DNA of 64,000 nucleotides from the human T2T-CHM13v2.0 reference genome, Homo sapiens. The DNA lies in assembly GCF_009914755.1 (NCBI RefSeq), contig NC_060944.1; one strand, 5' to 3'. This document shows positions 55,198-64,000 of the stretch, piece by piece. The translations under genes were made by a program, and so were the position numbers. The notes below the pieces were generated by a model, which was not told the origin of the DNA, searched no databases, and worked only from the letters and a program-made list of their open reading frames with translations. How positions within the stretch are numbered: the first letter of the stretch is position 1; every line of letters begins with the position of its first letter.

Positions 55198-57225
55198 AAA
55201 AACAGGCTGCTTCTGACAAAGGCAGCACAGCTAGACCATCATCCACAAGAGAAGCTAGATTGTTACAAGGCATCTCTCCATCCCCTCGCAGCTGGTGGTG
55301 GGCACTGGCATTTAATCCAGGGTGTGGGGCAGCATGGGAGAACAGACTTGATTTAATCCCAGACAATATTCCAACAGCCCAGCCCACTATGGTAATCAGA
55401 TTGATTCTAATAAATAAGCAAAAAAAAAAAAAAAAAAAAAAGGCAAATAAATGAAAGATATAAAGTGAGATCCAAAGAGAAAGAGCGAACCTTTGCTAAT
55501 TCTGGATTCGAAGGAAAACATTTTAGTTCCTCTGCCCCACCCACTCACCCAGGGAGGATAAAGAGGGAAAGAGGGGTGCACCTCGAGTTCCTGCAGATGG
55601 ACAGAGGAATGCCAGCTTTGTCCCGCTGAGTGAGCCTGGAGAACAGCAGGAAGCTCTGCAGAGAAGGGGGCCTGTGCACCTGAAAGCAGGGATCCCATGG
55701 CCAGGGGCAAAGGGCAAAGCCACCCCTGCAGCTGGGCTGCAGCCAGTGCCACAGTGCCCTACACAGGCCTCTGGTCCCCAGCTTTCTGCTGGGACATTCT
55801 CATCTGCACTGGGCCCTCGTGCCACAGCACCCCGTGGTGGGGAGGTGGCAGCTGCAGGACAGGTAGGCGGGACACAAGGTACGGCCGCCTTCCTGATATG
55901 ACACGTCCACTCGCAGCTTTGCTCCACTCGCACTGCCTCCTCCCGGTGATGGAAGCCAAGGATTTATTCACAGGACACTCGAACCTCACCTCCCCACTTT
56001 GGCGGCAGGAGCAGGAGGACATGCATGGAGACGGGGGTCTCGGCAAATGCGAAGTTTTGCAGCAAGGTGCCCTGCTGGGAGGGGACTGTACAACCCTTCT
56101 CTGCCCCATCTTGACATGAGCACCTGGGCTCTGAGGCTCGTGTCACCTGTTGGGGCTGACACGAGTGAGCCCAGTTTGGGACAATATCAGGACTGGGCTT
56201 AAGCCTTGGGTGAGGGGAAGAGAAAGGGCAGCTGGCTGGAGGGTCGGCTGGCTGTGATGCTGGCTGCTCCTCTGGCCTGCAGGTCCAACAGCCCTGCCTA
56301 GCAGAGGAGGGTGAAGGTTTGGATAAACCAACAAATCTGGACCCTAACATCCCACTTCCATATTTACTGAGACAAAGTGACTGGTGTCTGTGCCTTGCAT
56401 TCCACTGTGGGCGACAGGCTCAGGAACGGCAGCTCGCTCACTTGCTTTCTCCTGTGAATGGCATTGCCGTGATCCTTGTCATTACCAACTGCTCGCCTTC
56501 CGCCTGTGAGCCTGGGAGGTGGTGCAGCCCAGGCCACACGGGACAGGGTTTTCAGACAGCCTTGCCAAGGCGGCTGCCATCCATCAGAGCGCTCTGGGCA
56601 GGGCCTGGACCCCAGACCCAGGACAGAAAGGCAGGCTGGGGAGGTCACACCTGCCATGGCCAGCCTATCCTCTGGGTCCTAGACCGCAGCCCATTCCTAG
56701 GTCTCCACCCTCTGCGCTCCCGCAGCTTTTGTCCGCTTTTCCTTCCCCAGCTGTTCCATTCAGCAGCCCCCGCCACAACCTGCCCTCCCCGCATGGAGGT
56801 CTCAGAGGCCTCCATTAAGGCTGGCGGTCAAAGGCCGGCCCAGCACGTGCCGTGTCTTATCGGCCCATCTCAAGACCCTGCTCCTTCAGGCCTGGGCAAC
56901 AAAAAAGGGGGCGGCCCCAGCGCCCGCTGGCTCCCTGCAGCCCCACACACAAAAGGGCAGGCGACAAAGACATTTTCCGGGATGGCAGGTGTTGGTGTCG
57001 GATTCCTCCCCGAGTGCACGGGCAGAAGAAAGGCAAGGCTGGGCTTCCCCGGGCAGCGCAGACATGCAGGGGCAGGAGTGTGGGCAGGGCCCCCGGGGAG
57101 GGGAAGGCCCAGGAGGGCGAGGAGCACTGATGCAGGGTCCGCTACCGAGGGCAGCCGATTAGAAAAGTCCCACCCCCTCCCCAAAGCAGGGTGGCTGGAC
57201 AAATCCACTGAAGTGTCTGTCTTAC

Positions 57226-57265
57226 CTTGCTCAAATATTGAAATGAGACCTTTACGTGTTTTAAT
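57226..57265 (-). CDS. RALGAPA2: 40-nt penultimate exon of RALGAPA2 carrying the last codon remainder and stop (AT TAA) plus 35 nt of 3' UTR
   Basis: Minus strand: attttgtgttctttcccttcAG|ATTAAAACACGTAAAGGTCTCATTTCAATATTTGAGCAAG|GTAAG, with strong splice sites on both sides. Fits a protein ending in Asp (G|AT) then TAA. Confidence 0.75.
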
Positions 57266-57497
57266 CTGAAGGGAAAGAACACAAAATGGAATGAATACAA
57301 ACACAACACCCCCCACAGCTCCAACTTGATAACTAACACAGTGCTAATAATACATTTATCCCTGAGCTGCCCAAGCATTTCTGCAGCCTTGTCAATCAGT
57401 AAAAACTGAACATTCACTTGAAAATTCTACTTGATAGGACAAAATACAAGCCGATGTCGTGTTTACAAATGTGAAATGAGAGAGACATTAGAACTCC

Positions 57498-57552
57498 CAG
57501 GATCTACGCATGCAGACCTTGTCAGGATCTATGCATGCAGACCTTGTCAGGA
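57498..57552. repeat. 25-bp tandem duplication
   Basis: caggatcta(c/t)gcatgcagaccttgt x2 plus cagga. Confidence 0.9.
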
Positions 57553-59472
57553 GCCCTACAGATGCTGAACAGCACTGACAGCTATATCCTTTCCCTGCTC
57601 TCCAACTTTTCCTGACTGATTTTGTTTAAAATACAAAGATAAAAGTGTTTTCAAGACAAGCATTTGAAATTCAATGGATGACCTGAAAAAATAATTGAAA
57701 CCCCCTAGGTGGGCAAGTTTACATGTCTCCAAGTTTCATTTTACAGGTTTCTGAGTTATACACAGTGTGTTAATACTGGTGTCACCTGCAATATGACAGT
57801 CCCCAGGGAGGGAACACACAGCATCCTGTGCAGAGGAAAGCTTGGGAGGGTTCCCTGGAGTGGTGAAATTGGACCATAAGGTCACTCTCACCCACAGAGC
57901 AGCAGGGTCTCAGTAGTCACACAGAACTGAGGGGGATTTTAGCTTTTCTATGCCTTGTGACAGGTTCTTCCACCCCTTCCACGCCATCCTATTTCCTACG
58001 GCGGGGTTTCCTTGGCAAATGCATCCTCTTTCTGCGTCAGGCAGTAGCTTCTCCTGAATCTCAGCCCCCACAACTCTCCTGAATTCTGTGTCAGTAGACG
58101 ACCATCAGATCTGGACAAAGGACATTTATCAGTGACGTGGACCATTGTCTGCACAGTCACAGTTGTAAACGTGGATTTTCTGCTGACCCCCTCTGCCAAG
58201 GTTGCCAAGGTTGGCACAGTGACAGGGGCAAACTTCTAAGATGGTGGCTCCAGCAGCCATCAGGAGGTGACCACTAACATTCTTTTAGCCAAGGCTCCAT
58301 GAAAGAAACGTGCACTGCTATGGAGACATCTTTTCCAATCTATTGATGAAAATTGTCCCTTTCTCCCAAGAAAATTATTTGGGGTTAGGAGATTCTGGAT
58401 CAGTAACTGATCGTGGGTCGTGTATGATCCTTGGTTTGATTTCCAACCACCGTTAACACCGTTCCTTCTCCACACCTGGTTGTGCTCTTTGGGCACAAGA
58501 GGTTCTGGGCTGCTGCTGACTGTTGGTCATGGGCTAGAATGTTTTCCATGGATCCTCGGGATGATTAATCATTTAGATTTCTGATTTCCCCCCAATGTGC
58601 TGTGCTGAAGGGCCCCCATTTCCTCTCATGGAAGAGGGCAAACATAGAGCATATCTGCGTGGGTCTTCCTTGAGTTGAGGAAGTTCGGCTTTTAGAGCAC
58701 CATGCCACTGACACCCTCCAGTGTGAGCAAAGGGTCTCTTTATGAAGGCGCTCCTTGATCTCACTCCTCTGCAGCCCCTCAGCCCTGGTTATGCTGTGCG
58801 TACAGGCACCCGATTGGTAGAAACCAAGAAAGCAGATGGCGCAGCTAACAATGGAGGACTTGTTTGTAATTGCTGATGAGGACTGGGTTGCCCCTCTCCT
58901 GTGCATCCCCAGACGCAGCCTGGTGTGGTGTGCTGGACCACAAAGAATGTCTCAGTAACTGCCAATCCATGGTTGAGTTAAGGAGATGCAAAGACAGAGA
59001 CAGTTGGGGGCTGCCTTGATTATTCCATGGGGCTCAAATGTCACTTGCCCTTGACACACGGCGGTGCTCCCAAAGGGTGGGGTTCCAGTCGTGGAGCAGA
59101 GGAGTAAGCTGTCAGCTTCCTGATACATCTCTGGGGTACGCACAGGGCACTGACCAACCTGGGCAGTGTGGAGGGCACCTGGAGGGCAATGTGCTCGGAG
59201 ATGGGGGGTGGGAAGAGGCCAGGAGGGACCTGACGTCTGGGGGCGATAGGGGAGAGACACAAAGCCTAACTGTCCTATCCCTTTGTCAAATGAGCAGCAG
59301 ATATGTGCCAGGTACTGTTTTAGGCTCTGGGTTACAGTGGTGACCAAAGCAGATGAAACCGCTGCCTCCAGGGGATCTGGGAGAAAAGTTACAGCATGCA
59401 GTCTAATGAGGGGATATCACCCCTTGGGGTGGCAAAATAGCCTACTCTTTATATGCATACAGCACAGGTCTA

Positions 59473-59916
<444 letters not shown>

Positions 59917-61261
59917 TTACAGTGTCTTAAATTTGAAGTCATTTTTACCTATTTGTGGTGCTGGGAATCGAAGCCAGCCCTACTCATATCTAAGAGTAGT
60001 TGAGTGAGACTCCTCGGGGACAGCCCTTAGCAGTTTAACTCAGACACCAAAAGGCCAAACTGTGGCCAACTGGCGGCTCAGACACAGAGTTGAGCCGGGG
60101 GAATCCAGAAGTCACTTTTGAAGAAAGATGTCTTGCTTCTTCCACCTTGTGTGACTTCTCCGATACTCTGGATATCAACAGGGATTTAAAGCAGCACAGG
60201 AAACAAGAGGCTGGCTGGAGATGTGTTGTGTTATGTGCGGCTCCGCCTAGCAGAGGCGTTCCAGGAATTGGTGGGCCTTTCTATGGCATGCTTTCTCCAG
60301 CTGTACTCACTGGGATAGCAAGAGAGCAAGGCTTTGAACCAAGCTTCTTGCCTCTGAAGAAAGGCTGCCATCCAGAACCGCCACCTGGGATGAGGCTGGG
60401 CAGGGTCAGGACAAGAAACGCTGCTGCCTGTCCTTGGATCCTGGTTACTGAACAGTCAGTGTGGAAAATGATTAACTGGTTCAAGATAATTAGGAAAGAG
60501 AATGATTTTGAGAGCTGGCATGGATGAGGGAGAGAAACAGTGGACTAGGGCTCCAGCTTTAGGCAAGTGCTAAATATCCTACCAGCAGGAAGGCGGACAG
60601 AGTGGGAGATCAGAGAGCTGTCTGGGCTATTCAGACCCCTTGGAATGGCTCTGAGGAAGGGAACAGGTGCAGGCAGTGGATGGGGTAAGCCCACACACTC
60701 AACACTGGCAACCCAAGGCCAGTGGGAATTAGCCAGCCTAATTAACATCTCCAAATGGCCCAAGGATGGCTTCCAGTATTTCCAATCCAGCAGCAGTGGC
60801 TGTGTCCTGGCCCTGGCTCTGACTCTGGGTTTGGCTTCCTCTTTCTGGTTGTTGGTCTTGCCCATCACCCTTGGTTCAGAAGCCGAAAGCTGGGACAGCT
60901 GGACAGGAAGGGAGGGAGGAAGGGAAAGTGCATGGAGCGTGTGCCTGTATACGTGCTGCTCCCGTGCAGGGGCTAAGTGAGCAGGTGGATCATTGGTAAA
61001 AAAAATTTTCCTGGCATTTTTTTCTTTCTCTCCCATGACTATAATGTACTTGTGTGTGGCTCTATGACTAAATTAAACTAAATTATAAATTTAAAATTAA
61101 TATCTTGGTGTCAACTTTCTTGTTAGGCCATCATAAAGAAATGTTTCCAGACTCTCTCACTCTCATGGAACATAAACACCAAGATTTCCGCTGCATCTTA
61201 GCCATGGGAAGTCTGTGTACTTTACCAGACTGAATTCACATGAGTGAGTGGCCACAGAGGA

Positions 61262-61742
61262 CCCGAACATTCACAGCAGCAATATTCACAGTGACCAAAA
61301 GTGGAAACAGCCCGAATGTCCATCAACTGGTGAATGGACCAATAAAATGTGGTCTATCCGTACAGCAGAATATTTGGCAATAAAAAGAAATGGAATACCG
61401 ATATGGGCTACACATGGAGGCACCTTGAGAATATGCTAAAAGAAAGAAGTCAGCCACCAAAGACCACATATGGGATGATTTTATTTATATGAAATGTCCA
61501 GAATGGGCAGGTCCATAGACACAAAAAGTGGATTTGTGGTTATTTAGAGTTGAGGAGTGGGCGGGGAGAAGTGGGATTGCCTATCAGCAGGCTGTTTAAA
61601 AGGGGGGATGAAATGTTATAGAATTTGATTGTGGTAATGGTTGCATAACCTAATGAATAGACCAAAAACATCGACTTGTATACTTCATGTGGTTGAACTG
61701 CACAGTATGTGAATTAGATCTCAATAAGCTGGTTTTTAAAAT
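61262..61742 (+). mobile_element. Old L1 (L1MB/ME-like) 3' fragment
   Basis: ccaaaagtggaaacagcccgaatgtccatcaactggtgaatgg ... gtatgtgaattagatctcaataagctg. Confidence 0.78.
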
Positions 61743-63249
61743 GGCAAAATGGAATAGAAGGTGGTCTGGGTGGCACTACTATTCCCATGATTCCAAAAGT
61801 GACACAACAGAAGTGGCTCCAAGATTTTAGAAGAAAAATCCCCTGGGGCACCCAGGCAAGCAGGGGAATGAGGGCAGCTGTGAGGTTCTGTAGATGCCAC
61901 CAGCACCTCTCCTGCTGTGCCACCCCCCAAACCTCACACCACCCTCAAAGCAAATAGGGCCAACCCACTGCTGGCACACTGCTTTTCAGTGACTTGTTTT
62001 CCCTTCCAGGGTGTCTCCCAAGCTTATTCTAACTTGAATTGATCTGTCTTAAAACAACTCAGGAGTGACCGGGGCAGTGAGGTGGGATTACTGTGTGATT
62101 TGTCCCAAGATACACTGGGAGTGTGTGTGCCACTCAGGACTATTTTTTAAAAGTTTCCCTAATAATCAACAGCTCAAGAAAATGTAGCAGTTAGATCCAT
62201 GATGACTGTGGGAGGACAGTGAGTTCTAGGTATTTGTGTGAGGTGTCTGAGGAAACATTGCAGAAGCAATGGAAATGTCTGGTAGTTTTACCGATAAAAA
62301 CTGTCTTGTCCCCAGAAAGGAATTTTGGCCCATAATTAAGATACTTCCTATATGTGAATTATTTCTGTGGTGCTCCTTTTGAATTGCAAAGTAGGCAACC
62401 CTTTAGCTAAATTTCTCAGTTATCCGTGCCAAAGTGGCATGGTCTTTGCCACTGTATAAATTGTACAGGCCATACATTCTAGAAAACAGTCCTTTCTGCC
62501 TTCAGGGAGGGACATTTTGCCATTGCCACTGAAGAAGGGCTCCTCTCCCCCACTGGGTTGTTCATTCCTGTGGGTGGGTCCCCCACAGCAGGCACGGAGA
62601 GGCAGCGGGGCTGTAGGGTGGAGCAATGAGTCCTGTCTGAGAATGGAGAGGCCTAAGTGCTCGAGCTCTGGTCTGGACATGACCAGCCACCTGGTGATGG
62701 AAAAACCAGCCTGCCTCCATTCCTCAACTGTCAGAGAAATCTTGCCCCATGGGAGGGGGGACTCTGGGGAAAGTGTGCAGTAAACTGCAAATCTCTACAT
62801 GTACATAAAGAATGGTGACAGTTCACAGAGAGTCCTGGAGACCATTTTTGTAAGAGTAAAAAAAGCTAGGGAGCCTTGCCTCCCATCCTTGCCCTTCTGT
62901 GTCACTGAGTTGTTTAAAGTCTCTTGAATCACTTTCTGTGTAGTGGGGATGGCCATCTGCGCGATTCTTCACGCACACGCGTGCTCATGACCACTGGAAC
63001 TTACAGGGATCTGCAGGGTCTTGAGGGCAGGGCGGGACACGTGGCTGAGCTCCACGTTCTGCCTGTCTGGGCAATCCAGGACAGGGGCTATGTTCTGTGG
63101 TGCTGGAGTGAGGGGGCACCGCTGAGGGCCCCTCTAGTGCCCCCCAGGGAATGTTCAGGCAGAACACCTATTGTATAAGCATAACATCTGTTCATTCACC
63201 AGACACATATGACATACCTGTTGCGTGCCCAGAGATGGGAATACATGGC

Positions 63250-63840
63250 GAGTAAACTGTCATGGAAGTTGTCCCCCATCCCCACAGTGCACCCTCCCCA
63301 CTGAAGCCTGACTGACCTTCGTGGAAGAGTCATATCACAGCACTCTGCTGCTTCACATCTTTGTGTGCTGCCCATCTCACCAGAGCAAGAGCCAAGGTCT
63401 TGCCCTCTGCCCGTAAGGCCACTCTGACCTTCCTGTTCTTCCTGCCCACCCTGGCTCACTCAGCTCTAAGGAGGCTGGGCTCCTTGTTCCTTGATTGTGC
63501 CAGGAAAGTCCCTGCCTCAGGCCCTTCCACCTGCTCTTTCCTGCCCCTCCTTCCTTGTCATTTCTCACACGCCGCCTTTTCAGGGAGGCCTTCTCTGACC
63601 CCCTATTTTAAAGTGCGCCCCCACCCCAGGTGTGTTGGATTTTCTCAGTGGCACTCCCAAGGCTCTTTCCCTGTTGTCTTTTCTCCTCAGTACTCTTCAG
63701 CTCCTGAGAGCAGACACTGCCGTCTCCTTTCCCGTCTGGAAGGTGAGCCTCCAGTGAAGGAAGGGCTGCTGTCTGTCTTGCCCATCTCTGCAACTGGCAT
63801 ATTCAGTGTTTGGTAAACATTTATGGGATGAATGTCTGAA
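63250..63840 (+). mobile_element. L2 LINE 3' fragment
   Basis: ccctgcctcaggcccttccacctgct, cagggaggccttctctgacc, ...ggcatattcagtgtttggtaaacatttatgggatgaatg. Confidence 0.55.
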
Positions 63841-64000
63841 AACCCACTTTCGTGGGCTTTATGAGATGCTCTGAGGAGTGAAGCTGCAGTTCGCATCTAC
63901 TTAAATTGTAGCAAAGGTGCATCCCTCTGTGTCCCCGGGTCTTAAGTGGACCTGAGTTTTAATATCTCAATTTGGCCTCTGGCAAGTTGCTAGCTTTGGG

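Noticed and set aside
55409-55442. AATAAA followed by a ~23-nt A run suggesting a processed pseudogene tail
   Set aside because: No convincing TSD and no recognisable upstream mRNA-like body.
56319-57269. 316-aa plus-strand ORF in the RALGAPA2 last intron
   Set aside because: Starts at TTG, lies in moderately GC-rich sequence, has no recognisable domain and is antisense to the host gene.

Overview
Human genomic DNA, recognisable as the INSM1 locus (20p11). Left: the last two coding exons of CFAP61 (+; 1106-1196 and 20738-20938, poly(A) signal at 21200). They are separated by a 19.5-kb intron packed with sense-oriented L1 fragments, nested Alu/MSTA/THE1/MER82 insertions, a human-specific AluYb8 and a ~5-kb G-rich 19/21-bp minisatellite with higher-order structure. 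Centre: the intronless INSM1 gene (CDS 28796-30328, SNAG motif plus five zinc fingers) with two CpG islands, a promoter, an ASCL1/POU composite element ~5 kb upstream and a 5-codon uORF. Right: the 3' end of RALGAPA2 (-), with a 40-nt stop-codon exon (57226-57265) and a ~3.7-kb terminal exon (~50060-53784). The first 155 nt of that terminal exon hide an in-frame ~51-aa alternative C-terminus. I found no evidence of a wholly novel system. The best leads are the RALGAPA2 exon-skipping tail, the structured VNTR, the INSM1 uORF and the duplicated E-box/octamer motif. Gene and repeat subfamily names come from my recognition of the sequences, not from a database search, and repeat boundaries are approximate unless a TSD is quoted.
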